From Octopus bimaculoides (Eukaryota), in assembly GCF_001194135.2 (NCBI RefSeq), contig NC_068982.1, forward strand, positions 56,558,659-56,604,692: DNA of 46,034 nucleotides. The letters run 5' to 3'. The notes below the pieces were generated by a model. It saw only the letters and a program-made list of their open reading frames with translations. It did not search any database and was not told the origin of the DNA. A program made the position numbers and the translations under genes. Positions 11,685 to 24,277 of the stretch are shown in pieces (within the stretch, counting starts at the first letter, position 1; each line of letters begins with the position of its first letter).

Positions 11685-11885
11685 AATTTCAAATTTTGCC
11701 ACAAGGGCAACCATTTTAGGGAAAGGGACGCATCGACTTCAGTATAGAACTGGTACTTATTTTATCGACCATAAAACGATGAAAGGCAAAGCTAACTTCA
11801 GCGCAATGTGAACCCAGAACGTAGCGATGGGAGAAATACCGCTAAGCATTTCGTCCAGCGCGCTAACGATTCTGCCAGCTCACCG
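11685..11885 (-). mobile_element. SINE B
   Basis: Ends in GCTAACGATTCTGCCAGCTCACCGCC, the reverse complement of the family B head. Confidence 0.8.
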
Positions 11886-12151
11886 CCTCCAAAATAATAA
11901 TAATAATAATAATAATAATATACGAGCGCCCTTACGCATTCTGTATGCTGCAACAGGGGGAGGGGCATCGCATTCAGACTTCAGCGTACACACGTGCGCG
12001 TGCGGGATGAGGAATGAAATGTACTCGTTCACCTCAAGCCCTTTGATTTCAATAGGTGTTATTAGCTACATCGCTGGTCCTTTTGTGTCTGTATTCTGTA
12101 GAGGTATCAAATCATTGCAGGTGAAGACAGCAGCAACAGTGCGTGTATATA

Positions 12152-12227
<76 letters not shown>

Positions 12228-12829
12228 GATATGAGTGCGCGCGCAAAACATTCCAAACTAACAAAAACTTTGTAGGGGCATTCCTAATATAGGTTTTCTT
12301 CACCATACACGTGCGCTCGCACACACACACACACACATATTGGTCAGAAGGGATAGGGCTGTGGACAAAACTTCTTTGTAGTATTTAGTTACGTCCGGAG
12401 TTCTATTAAAGTCGATTTATCTCTCAACCTCCCTTCTACCCGTTCAAAGCATTTTCATAAGCTTGCCTTAAATGACCGGGCTTGTTTTCAGGCTTTCAGT
12501 TAACCCTTGTTTTGATACGTTCTGAGTAGTATAAAGCTGTCCTTTTATAAGTCCCAAGTTATTGGGATGGTTGCAAACAACTAGAAAAGCAGGCGCAGTC
12601 CCAGGTATTTTTCGAAGGGAGCGCACAAGGTCAGAAGGGAATACAATTCCAGGAGACAGAGGTGTAATAACATTATTTAGAAGGGCTCACGTGCCTCTAA
12701 TTTCCTCCTCCTACCTTAGGTCCACCCCAGAAAAGTATCATATATGATGCATGGAGACCAAAGGAATAAGTACTATGCATTACACGTGAAACACAGGGGA
12801 GGGAAAAGGTTCCTATACAGAATGGGTTT

Positions 12830-12970
12830 GGTGTAGTTGTGTGGTAAGAAGCTTGCTTTCCAACCACATGGTTCCGGGTTCAGCCCGACTGCGTGAAACC
12901 TTGGGTACGCGTCTTTTACTATAGCCTCAGACCGATTTGGTAGACGGAGATTGAAAGAAACTCGTCGTAA
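12830..12970 (+). mobile_element. SINE A 5' half
   Basis: GTGTGGTAAGAAGCTTGCTTTCCAACCACATGGTTCCGGGTTCAG...GATTTGGTAGACGGA. Confidence 0.8.
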
Positions 12971-12974
12971 GACA

Positions 12975-13365
12975 GTAAAAAAGAGTTGCCTCTTTGATTT
13001 GCCATTTGGTCAGAGGGTACATAGTTCATGTTTATGTTATTTGGTGTTATGGTTTTTCCATAGTTCTGTCTTCGTTGTTTGGTTGTTGTAGGTGAAATGT
13101 GGTTGTGTTTTGTTTTTGTTGTTGTTGTTGTAGGTCTCCTCTGTTGCTGTTTATAATTATTTTTCGACTGTTTTGTGCCCTTCAGATGGTGGTGGTTACA
13201 TTCTGGGTTCAAGCACATCCTTAGTGACACAAAAGTTTGGCATAGTTTAGGATGGAAGAAGGTGCATCCATTGTCTTTTGTGCATCCATATTTAGGATCA
13301 GGCCCATGGACTCAAGCACATACATGCGAAACAAGGTGGAAAAAATAGTACTTGGATACCAGAGG
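12975..13365 (-). pseudogene. Decayed tandem CCCH zinc-finger ORF fragment, probably a non-LTR retrotransposon ORF1 remnant
   Basis: One frame reads YFFHLVSHVCA*VHGPDPKYGCTKDNGCTFFHPKLCQTFVSLRMCLNPECNHHHLKGTK, then a Q/T/N/K low-complexity run and NSFL. In-frame TGA at 13312-13314. A SINE A copy abuts the 3' end. Confidence 0.55.
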
Positions 13366-15347
13366 TAGAGTAATATATATAAAGCATATATATATATATA
13401 TATATATTTGATACCCTGGAATTAGGTGCGCTATCATACTCACAAACCAATGATTGAAACCGGTAAAAGCATACACATGCATTCTTGTTTCACTCATCTG
13501 ACGAAGCAATTTAATTTAAGATTGAGTACTGAAGCAAAAGACAGCTGTATTGTGACGAAGTGAATCATTCTGGCCACTTAAAGAAAAGAAAGAAAAATGG
13601 AGATATATCTTTAGATACATCCTTTGTTTAATAAAATACTTTGTAATATATTTACATAAGGCTGAGTCACATATCTCCTTTTCTTGTCGGTTTATCTTTT
13701 TATAAGAAAAAGGAATGACTGTGTGTGTGTGAGAGAGAGAGAGAGAAAGAGTGTGTGTGTGTGTGTAAGAAAGGAAGATGTTTTAGATAAATATAGAAAC
13801 GAATACTACAGTATTTCATCCGACGCTGTAGCGGATGTTAATTAGTATCTGAAAAGACAACTGTTTAGGGTTATGTTGATTAAAGTCTCGCCCTTCTTTT
13901 GAAATGGCAGAATACGATTTGAAAGAAACTTGGTTTATATTTCCAGTATGTCTATTGACCACATGGAGTCTCCTGTCACTTGTTTCAAGGGTATTCACTC
14001 TGATTAGGGTTTATTCGAACAAATATTAATTAAAAAAATGCACCAGCATGACCGCAGCCACTTGGCTGAAACACATAAATAAATAAATAAATAAACATTC
14101 GCAGCCATCTGTTGATGTATAATTAGTGAAACAGAATTTGTTAAGTTCGGTACTTGTTCCATTGTTCTCTTTTGCCGAATCGCTAAGTTACGGTCATGTA
14201 AACGAACCAATGCCGGTTGCCAAACGGTAAGAGGTTAGAAACACACATAGATATACAATATTTTATATATGCACAAACGTATATATGCTCGCTCGCTCGC
14301 TCGCACACACGCGCGCACACACACACACACGCACGCACGCACACGCACACACGCACGCACACACACGTATATTTTCAAAATGCAACTACATGTGGATCGT
14401 TGGCGATTTTCCCCTCTGTCTTCCTTTGTCTTGGACTTTCCTCTGTTTCCTGTTTCAGAAGAGAAGCTTTGCTCGAAACGTAATACACCCTTTCTTTCCT
14501 TCTCTGAGCGTCCTCACGTTTTTTCTTCGTTTATTATTATTTTTTTAGTATATATNNNNNNNNNNNNNNNNNNNNNNNNNNNNNNNNNNNNNNNNNNNNN
14601 NNNNNNNNNNNNNNNNNNNNNNNNNNNNNNNNNNNNNNNNNNNNNNNNNNNNNNNNNNNNNNNNNNNNNNNNNNNNNNNNNNNNNNNNNNNNNNNNNNNN
14701 NNNNNNNNNNNNNNNNNNNNNNNNNNNNNNNNNNNNNNNNNNNNNNNNNNNNNNNNNNNNNNNNNNNNNNNNNNNNNNNNNNNNNNNNNNNNNNNNNNNN
14801 NNNNNNNNNNNNNNNNNNNNNNNNNNNNNNNNNNNNNNNNNNNNNNNNNNNNNNNNNNNNNNNNNNNNNNNNNNNNNNNNNNNNNNNNNNNNNNNNNNNN
14901 NNNNNNNNNNNNNNNNNNNNNNNNNNNNNNNNNNNNNNNNNNNNNNNNNNNNNNNNNNNNNNNNNNNNNNNNNNNNNNNNNNNNNNNNNNNNNNNNNNNN
15001 NNNNNNNNNNNNNNNNNNNNNNNNNNNNNNNNNNNNNNNNNNNNNNNNNNNNNNNNNNNNNNNNNNNNNNNNNNNNNNNNNNNNNNNNNNNNNNNNNNNN
15101 NNNNNNNNNNNNNNNNNNNNNNNNNNNNNNNNNNNNNNNNNNNNNNNNNNNNNNNNNNNNNNNNNNNNNNNNNNNNNNNNNNNNNNNNNNNNNNNNNNNN
15201 NNNNNNNNNNNNNNATTTTCCCCATCCCGAACTGTCCAAATTTGATTAGAGTTATTTGCCAATGGAAATGGAGACAAGAATTTTCTAGAACAATAAAGAA
15301 ATAAATAAATAAAAAATGAAATAAATACACCAGACTGATGAACTCAC

Positions 15348-15392
<45 letters not shown>

Positions 15393-16353
15393 ACACCAAC
15401 AGACGGCTACGCGTGTATATGTGTATTTATTAATATGAATATTGCCACACTCAAATTAGTAAAAGGAGTCCCGTCTATAAATAAATAGATTTATATGTAA
15501 TGTAATGTATGCGGGCGTATCAGCATATCTACGTGAATATATGTAATATATAACAGGATATGATAAAACTGACAGACACCGTATAAATAAATAAATAAAC
15601 GCACACAAACACACACGTTTCAAACACAATCTAATTAAAATCATATTTCTGGAACTGAAATATATTTGAGATTGTGTGTGTGTGTGTGTGTTAGTGTACA
15701 TTATATACACGACTTATTAGATTGAGTGTCTTCATACTCAAACCCTACTAATTCAATTGATAATACAGAATTTGGCAGGATAGAGCGAATGCTTTTAAGC
15801 ACACCACACAACACGGCATAACAGAGACCAGCTAGAAATAGCAGCCAGTTTCCGTCAAATTACACCATACTCTAAAAACAAACAAAAAAAATAATAATAA
15901 AAAGATAGAAGTAGAAAATGGACAACAGTGTCCTCCAGTTGGTTACGGTTAGGTGGTTTTCATCGTAAGTCTTTCCAGTCAAAGCTAAAATACAATAAAT
16001 TTTTGTGAAAGCAATTTTATTTTCAAACCCCATACACCACCATGTGAAATTTTGCATGTACAACAGCATCGACAGCAACAATTACAGTTGCTTTAATAAT
16101 GACTGGCTCATTTCGAAAATATTTTAATATCTGTACAAAGAAATCCGATGAAATGACTATATTTCATTCGGACGCAATGCAAATCACAATGCCTCTTTAT
16201 ACCCTATGCTACAGTCTGCCTTGGTCTTATTATTATCCAAATATATTATGTGAGAGAAGACGCAGATGCATGCTTCCTCTTCACGCACACTCGTTAATAC
16301 TCTCAATGGATGTGCTAGCTTAGAGCGTCTGATCTCTAATGAAACAAAAACGT

Positions 16354-16390
<37 letters not shown>

Positions 16391-16429
16391 GGTGCAAACA
16401 GGAAAAAATAGAACTAAAAAAATAAGCGC

Positions 16430-16805
16430 GTTCTTTCTTTTATTCTTTTACTTGTTACGCATTTGACTGCGACCATGCTGGAGCACTACCTTTAGTCGAA
16501 CGAATCGACGCCAGGACTTACCCTTTGTAAGCGTAGTACTTATTCTATCGGTCTCTTTTGCCGAACCGCTAATTTACGGGACGTAAACATACTAACAGCG
16601 GTTGTCAAGTGATGGAGGAGTGGCGGGACAAACAGACACAAATACACACACACACACGTGTGTATACGACGAGCTTCTTTCACCAAATATATTGAAGTTC
16701 TTGGTCGGCCTGAGGCTATAGCAGAAGACACTTGCGCAAGGTGCCACGTTGTGGGACTGAACCATGTGATTAGGAACCAAGCTTCTTATCACACAGCCAC
16801 TCCTG
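16430..16805 (-). mobile_element. SINE A, near full length
   Basis: Reverse complement of tail (TTTGACTGCGACCATGCTGGAGCAC) through head (TATCACACAGCCACTCCTG). Confidence 0.85.
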
Positions 16806-16944
16806 TATATTTTTATCAATATTCACGAGATGTAAGAAAGTGACTCAAGGTCAAAGAGTTTCGTGCGATGGCACTTATCAAGTTTAGTAAGTGCCATTGC
16901 ATGAAACTCTTCGACCTTGAGTGACTTACATCTAAATAATAATA

Positions 16945-17160
<216 letters not shown>

Positions 17161-17721
17161 NNNNNNNNNNNNNNNNNNNNNNNNNNNNNNNNNNNNNNNN
17201 NNNNNNNNNNNNNNNNNNNNNNNNNNNNNNNNNNNNNNNNNNNNNNNNNNNNNNNNNNNNNNNNNNNNNNNNNNNNNNNNNNNNNNNNNNNNNNNNNNNN
17301 NNNNNNNNNNNNNNNNNNNNNNNNNNNNNNNNNNNNNNNNNNNNNNNNNNNNNNNNNNNNNNNNNNNNNNNNNNNNNNNNNNNNNNNNNNNNNNNNNNNN
17401 NNNNNNNNNNNNNNNNNNNNNNNNNNNNNNNNNNNNNNNNNNNNNNNNNNNNNNNNNNNNNNNNNNNNNNNNNNNNNNNNNNNNNNNNNNNNNNNNNNNN
17501 NNNNNNNNNNNNNNNNNNNNNNNNNNNNNNNNNNNNNNNNNNNNNNNNNNNNNNNNNNNNNNNNNNNNNNNNNNNNNNNNNNNNNNNNNNNNNNNNNNNN
17601 NNNNNNNNNNNNNNNNNNNNNNNNNNNNNNNNNNNNNNNNNNNNNNNNNNNNNNNNNNNNNNNNNNNNNNNNNNNNNNNNNNNNNNNNNNNNNNNNNNNN
17701 NNNNNNNNNNNNNNNNNNNNN

Positions 17722-17767
<46 letters not shown>

Positions 17768-18034
17768 GGCGCAGGAGTAGCTGTGTGGTAAGTAGCTTGC
17801 TTACCAACCGCATGGTTCCCGTCGTATATATGTGTGTTTGTGTGTGTGTATTTGTTACCCCACTATCGCTTGACAACCGATGCTGGTGTGTTTGCGTCCC
17901 TGTAAATTAGCAGGACTAAGAGACCGATAGAATAAGTACGAGGCTTACAAAGAATAAGTCCTGGGGTCAATTTGCTCGACTAAAGGCGGTGCTTCAGCAT
18001 GGCCACAGTCAAATGACTGAAACAGGTAAAAGGG

Positions 18035-18035
<1 letters not shown>
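17768..18035 (+). mobile_element. SINE A with deletion of the CORE-like block
   Basis: GGCGCAGGAGTAGCTGTGTGG...CATGGTTCCC joins directly to GTCGTATATA, followed by an intact 3' half. Confidence 0.85.
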
Positions 18036-18074
<39 letters not shown>

Positions 18075-18160
18075 TATATATAGGCAAATTGAAAGGAAAA
18101 TTACAAACTAAAGTCAAAAGTACATACACAGTTTAAGATGGAAAAAAGATGGTGGGGGTT

Positions 18161-18200
18161 TGGCTGCAATGTTTCGGGCATGGCTCTTCATCAGAGGAAC
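18161..18200 (-). ncRNA. Decayed minimal hammerhead-like motif
   Basis: Minus strand CCT CTGATGA A GAGC CAT GCCC GAAAC ATT. Core words are intact; stem II has one mismatch, GAAACG is mutated to GAAACA, and stem I does not pair. Confidence 0.4.
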
Positions 18201-18324
18201 GAAAAGTTTATATCTATGTGTGTGTTTTACAGTCTCCTTTCCTGAACATTGCCTGACAGCTGTAGGTGAGTGTCCCCATCAAGCAAGCAACATTTTCCTT
18301 TTCAATCTTCCAAGACATATCTAA

Positions 18325-18472
18325 TCATAGAGAAATATTACCTTACATGGTAAACAGGTAAGGGTTGACAACATAAAGGGCATCTGGCTGTAAAAAAATA
18401 TATCTACATCATCAAATTTCGTCCAACCCTTGTGAGCTTGGAAAAGTGGACATGAGGATGATGATGATGAAT
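18325..18472 (+). mobile_element. RTE-type 3' tail (SINE or LINE end) with (GAT)n
   Basis: AAAGGGCATC...CCAACCC...GGAAAAGTGGAC...GATGATGATGATG. Related copy at 29375-29500; related to the reverse complement of the 27957-28100 tail. Confidence 0.65.
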
Positions 18473-18570
18473 GTATGTATGGTTGTACACAAAACTATCT
18501 TGTGTGCAGTCAAATCAGTAAATCCTATTACATAACTGGTACAATAATAAATATACAGATATACATACAG

Positions 18571-18609
<39 letters not shown>

Positions 18610-18623
18610 TCGCACACACATAT

Positions 18624-18856
18624 AAGGCAGCGAGCTGGCAGAAACGTTAGCAAGCCGGGCGAAATGCTTAGCGGTATTTCGTCTGCTTTTACGTTCTGAG
18701 TTCAAATTCTGCTGAGGTTGACTTTGCCTTTCATCCTTTCGGGGTTGTTTAAATAAGTACCAGTTACACACTGGGGTCGATATAATCGACCTAACCCATT
18801 TGTCTGTCCTTGCTTGTCCCCTCTGTGTGTAGCCCCTTGTGGGTAGTAAAGAAATA
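18624..18856 (+). mobile_element. SINE B, full length
   Basis: GGCAGCGAGCTGGCAGAAACGTTAGC...GCCCCTTGTGGGTAGTAAAGAAATAA. Confidence 0.85.
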
Positions 18857-19844
18857 ACACGCATATACAAACACTGCACAAACATATACACACGCCGCAC
18901 AAACATACACAGCACACAAACATACACGCATATATACACACACACACACATATATTACATATATAGGGAGGGAGAGTAAAAACATGGTGTGCATGGTTGA
19001 AACTCTACATACTTAATCATGTGCATGCAATGTTTAAAACCTAAGTTATATAATTGAAGCAAGGTACATATGCTTTCCAGTTACTGCATTTAAGCAGGTA
19101 AACACCACTGCCTTAATTGTAGATCTGCTTGCACAGGGCTAAGTAACACTAAACAATAAAATGGAGTGGCTCTAATTATGAATCAACATGTGATAGCAGG
19201 CTAGGTTTGCTAGAAGCTTACCTTTAAATTAAGCTTCCCCAATAGAAATCGTTGGAACTGAAAAGTGGTGAAGGATTTCAGATAAAATCCTGCTCAAATC
19301 AATTTAGCTTTGTTTTAACTTCCAGCGATATCAGATAACAAGAAGCAGTCATACAACATATTTAATTAAAATCACCAAATCACACACCTGCTAAACTTGC
19401 TTGAAGTCATTAGAACAAGGCAGTGGACTTGCTAATTCATTAGACATTACTCCAGCAGCATTTAGTTATGATTTTTTTTTTTTTTTCCTAATTTTGGGGT
19501 TCAAAGACATTTTGCAGAGATCAACTTCGCTACTAATTCTGGGATCCATAAAAGTAAAGCACCAATAATCAATCAACTGCTATTTCCTTCCAAAATTTTA
19601 GGCCATATGTCTATTTAAGAACTAGTTCTTACATCATATAATACCACTATTGTTGTGATTGTACAGAGGCAGGCTGATTGTTTTATGGTTTTTTACTCTT
19701 TAGTATTTAAACTGGCCAAATCTTTTACCCATATTTTATCCATTTTATGCTCAAACCAATCAGTTTGGGTCTCTCACACCTACCTTACAATGTCATTAAA
19801 AAAAATATACAATCACATCATCAAAATCTCAAAAAATACAAGAG

Positions 19845-20190
19845 GCACAGGTATGACTGTGTGGCCCCTTGGGCAAGTGTCTTCTACTATTGCCTTGGGC
19901 TGACCAAACATTGTGAGTGAATATGATAGATGGAAACTGAAATAAATCAATCATGTATGTATATATGTATATATATGTATGTGTGTATCTGTATGCATAT
20001 GTCTTTGTGTCTGTACTTTGCATTGTACATACAATCTGTATGCATATGTCTGTGTCTGTCCCCACATCCCATCACTGCTTGACAACCAATGTTGGTGTGT
20101 TTACATCCCTGTAACTTTGTGGTTTGGCAAAAATGAGACCAGTAGAATAAGTACTAGGCTTGGCCACAGCCAAATGACTGAAAGGAGTAA
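19845..20190 (+). mobile_element. SINE A, diverged and CpG-depleted
   Basis: GGCACAGGTATGACTGTGTGG...TTGGGCAAGTGTCTTCTAC...CAAATGACTGAAAG. Confidence 0.75.
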
Positions 20191-20328
20191 AGGAGTAATA
20201 CCTGATAAATTTACAACAATGTCAATGAGAATTATGATTCGATTTAATCTGAACGTTAAGGGGTTAATACTGGCTTCTTACTTGCCCTTCTGAAATAAAA
20301 CTTAGCTTTGTGGACTACTTAGGATCAT

Positions 20329-20708
20329 TGTTGTTGGTACTTTGTCGCTTACGACGTCGAGGGTTCCAGTTGATCCGATCAACGGAACAGCCTGCTCATG
20401 AAATTAACGTGCAAGTGGCTGAGTACTCCACAGACACGTGTACCCTTAACGTAGTTCTTGGGGGATATTCAGCGTGACAGTGTGACAAGGCTGACCCTTT
20501 GAATTACAGACACAACAGGAAGTAAGTAAGAGTGAGAGAAAGTTGTGGTGGAAGAGTACAGCAGGGTTCGCCACCATCCCCTGCCGGAGCCTCGTGGAGC
20601 TTTAGGTGTTTTCGCTCAATAAACACTCACAACGCCTGGTCTGGGAATCGAAACTGCGATCCTATGACCACGAGTCTGCTGCCCTAACCACTGGGCCATT
20701 GCACCTCC
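20329..20708 (-). mobile_element. SINE family C, full length, with 15-bp TSD
   Basis: Reverse complement of the 10633 copy. Direct repeat ACTACTTAGGATCAT at 20314-20328 and 20709-20723. Confidence 0.9.
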
Positions 20709-21500
20709 ACTACTTAGGATCATACCCTGAAGATAAATAATCAGTTCTGGTTTACATTAATTGTATTAATGACATTTTATTTATGACACCTTTTTTTTTT
20801 TATCCCAGGGTTTCTTAACAAGTTACACAGTCATCATTATCTATATTTATTATTCAACTTTTCACAGCATTTGTGTGTTTGCCTTACACGCTAAACAGCT
20901 TAAGTTTCAATGAAATTGAAGACATAATTCAAAACATGTTGAAATGAGGTTGCGAAGTGCTATCAATTTATGCGTCCGAAGAAGATAATTAAGAGACTTT
21001 ATAAAGTAAAATTTTCACAGGCCCCGATTTGTTATTAATTCCCTTAATACAAAATGTGATAGAATTTGTAGAGTACCAAACAAAAGGCCTAGCGTGATTA
21101 TCTATGTCTCTTCACATACTCAGTTCCAAGTTCCACAAGTGTTGATGAAAGTAACTAAATAAGCCAATGAAAGAAACTACAATGGTGTTCATGCTGCTAG
21201 CAATAGCAGCCATATCTCTCTCAAATCACAAATCTCAAGAACTTATGACAAGAGATCCTAGATATACAACATCAAAAGGAATGATAGTTGGCTAAAGCAC
21301 ATATCTCTCAAATTGCAAATCTCAAGAACATTGGATAATGAGGTTCGTGCTATGCAAGATCAAAAAGAAAGAATGGTAATTGATTAAACCGACTTTGATC
21401 GGAAGTTTGCTTAACACTTGCTGCCATATTGCTGATGAAATAAATACCTTTTATTTCAATTAATTTTGAAAATAATGACAAATTTAATAAAATAACTTAA

Positions 21501-21718
21501 CCTTTAGCACCCAGATTACTCTGTCAAATAGAAAACTTATTTATTCGCATTGTTTTGAGTGAATCATACATTATCACAAAGCTTTGAGATTTCGATGATG
21601 TGATTGTTAGTTTTTAGAAAGACATTGTAGGATTAGTATGAGAGGCCAGATCTGGCCAGTTTGAACATAAACAGGTGGAATATTTTGGCCGGATTTAGCC
21701 AGTTTAAATTCATATGGG
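21501..21718 (+). mobile_element. piggyBac-type MITE (TTAA flanks)
   Basis: TTAA|CCTTTAGCA...CATATGGG|TTAA. Internally related to 21961-22133 (inverted) and to a fragment at 19695-19830. Confidence 0.6.
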
Positions 21719-21960
21719 TTAATCATTATTAAGCTGGTATTTGAAACAAATTAGTATGAAATTTGGCTGGACTTTAGATCATTTCAAACATCAAGTTTGT
21801 ATCATAGAATCATAGATGGTCTCAAGTGGGCTGATATCAAAAAAGGTTAAATCAAGGTGGACCTGAAGCTAAGAAACAGTGTATCAGTCAAACACTAGGA
21901 TCAATTTAAAACTGTAACCTTGAGCTAATGTAAGAAATGAATATTACTAGTCCTATTAAA

Positions 21961-22133
21961 CCTTTAGGATTTAAACTGGCCAAATCTGGCCTCTCACACC
22001 TACCCTCCAATGTTATTGTAAAAGTATAAAATTACATCATTGTAATCCTGAAACATTGAGATGATTCTTGATTAAGTAAAAATAATGTGAATGAATAAGG
22101 ACTGCATTGAGAGGATAATCTGAATGTTAAAGG
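21961..22133 (-). mobile_element. piggyBac-type MITE, inverted relative to 21501-21718
   Basis: CCTTTAGGATTTAAACTGGCCAAATCTGGCCTCTCACACCTACC...TGTTAAAGG|TTAA. Its AAACTGGCCAAATCTGGCCTCTCA closely matches the reverse complement of TGAGAGGCCAGATCTGGCCAGTTT in the first copy. Confidence 0.6.
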
Positions 22134-22140
22134 TTAAAAT

Positions 22141-22550
22141 AGCAAGCTGGCAGAATTGTGAGCATGCTGGAAAAATGTTTAGTAGTATTTTGTCCATTTT
22201 TAATAATGTAATTAACTAGCCCAGCTCTCAGCTCTCCAAATGTGCCTATACTAGAAAGAATTATGACTAGTCTTACTGTAACCCTCAATTTTTCCATCTT
22301 AATATTATTAGCTCAAGGGGGTAAACTGACAATCATTACCATGCTGAGCAAAATGCTTAGTGACATTTTGTCTGTTTTTACATTCTGAATTCAAATTCTG
22401 CTGAGGTTGACTTTGCCCTTTCGTCCTTTTGCGGGAGGGGAGGGGGTCAATAAAATAAGTATCAGTTGAGCACTGGGGGTGAACTGAATGACCTACCCCT
22501 CCTCTGAAATGACTTGCCTTGTGCCAAAACTTGAAAGCAACATTAGCTCA
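22141..22550 (+). mobile_element. Two CpG-decayed SINE B fragments
   Basis: AGCAAGCTGGCAGAATTGTGAGCATGCTGG and CATGCTGAGCAAAATGCTTAGTGACATTTTG...TTCTGCTGAGGTTGAC. Confidence 0.75.
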
Positions 22551-24277
22551 AGCTTTTTAAAAGCTCTCCATGCAATGAACTCAAATATCTTCATTAAATT
22601 TTAGAACTTTCAGAGATGCTGACAATATATACAAATAAAATATAATGAAAGGACACAGATTATGAGGAAAAATTTTGCTCCTAGAGGTTTCAATACTTCA
22701 AAATTTGAACGTATACTAATATTTTTTTCAGCTCTTTTTCTTTAAGACTAGTACAGTATTTTTATTCTATTCTAAAATTCAGACAAAAAAGAGAAAGACG
22801 ACATGAAAATGAGAAATTACAGAGATACTCGTTTCTTTTAGCTTTAATATCGATGCAAAGACCAAATTCTATATCGTCAACATCTCATTATTCATATAGC
22901 AATTCTAAAACAATAAGTTCATCCCTTTATCTAAATCCTACATCAGCTACATCTAGACAAACACACAGTTATACATTCCTCTAATTTTTTCGTTTTTTCT
23001 AAAGTGTTACTTTTAACTGAAGGGGGATTTCAAAACAAAAACAAAAACAAAAAAAAAATCATTATTTGTAAAAAAAAAACAAAAGAAATAGGTATTTAAT
23101 TTTATCATTTAAGATCTTGGTGAGTGAACAGACAACACCCCCTTTTTAGTGATATATTTCTTTTGTAGTATGGATGGCCACCCGAGAAGAGTTTGTTTTT
23201 AATTTCAGATGTTCTTTTGATTATGTAAGCCAAACCAATTTCTTCTTCGTCTCAGCCACAAATAGCTATATTTATACAAGTTGTCAGAGTGCAATTTCCA
23301 ACTCTTTTCAGTTGTAATTCTTAAATTCAAAAGCATTTCTAATGTGAGAATTCCACAAAAGCCAAACAGCGCCGTTATACATTCAAATGATGACATTTCA
23401 AAAACCAGAGTCCTCAAAAGAATATTCAAATATACAGACAATTTCAGAAGGTTAATGTAAACAACTGCGCTAGCTAGCCTTAACTCATTGGAAATAAGGA
23501 GTAGGAATAGCTAAAGTTATGTACATGTGTGCTTATAAAGCTGATGAAAGATATTTCCTGGTGGATGAGGAATTCCAATTTTCAGAAAGACCAAACTAAA
23601 TGAAACCTGAGAATGGAAATATTCAAGTCCCTGTGAACTTTAGTAATTTCCTTACAATCAAAAAGTCAAGACACCCAACCATAAAATTCCCACATATCAT
23701 CGGCATGTTAAAAGAAAATGCGTAAGCGTGTAAGTATGTGCATGTATGTTTGTGTGTATACATGTGTACAATGCAAGATTGTGTATAGATGTGTAAGTTT
23801 GCATAAATGTATACTTGTGTGTGAGTGTAAAATTCTGTATGCATATATTGTGTATGCTTGCGCTATGTAAATATCTATACATTTATGTAGATATGTGTAA
23901 AATTCCTTACATATGTGCTTGTGTAAACATATGTGTCTATGTTTATGTGTGTATGAGTATATGTGTGCATGCAATTGTAAAGACATATATGATAGGCAAA
24001 CACAAAAGCTTTTAAAACAAAAACAAAATAGGAATTGTTGAAGGAACTGTAAATTGGTCAAATGAGAAAACACTTTTTTTGTATCAGAAGAAAGTATGAA
24101 AGACGCATCTCTCTTCAGAAATTGGTAAAAAATTAGCAAGAGAAGTGGGGGGAAAAAAACCCCAGAAGATGAAAGGACAATTAAAAACAAGAAACAGCAC
24201 TAATTAGTCAGTGTTGTTATATGAAAAAAAATAAATAAATAAATAAAAATAAAAAAGGACAGAAATTAGAAACCTAC

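Noticed and set aside
23209-23224. 16-nt + strand micro-exon (ttcag|ATGTTCTTTTGATTAT|gtaagc)
   Set aside because: Frame-shifting length, no partner exons on that strand, and expected by chance in AT-rich DNA.
24085-24125. Minus-strand CTGAAGA plus hairpin as a hammerhead (also CTGANGA words at 8488, 10478, 13498, 21431, 23541, 41681)
   Set aside because: No GAAA after a stem II and no NUH site.
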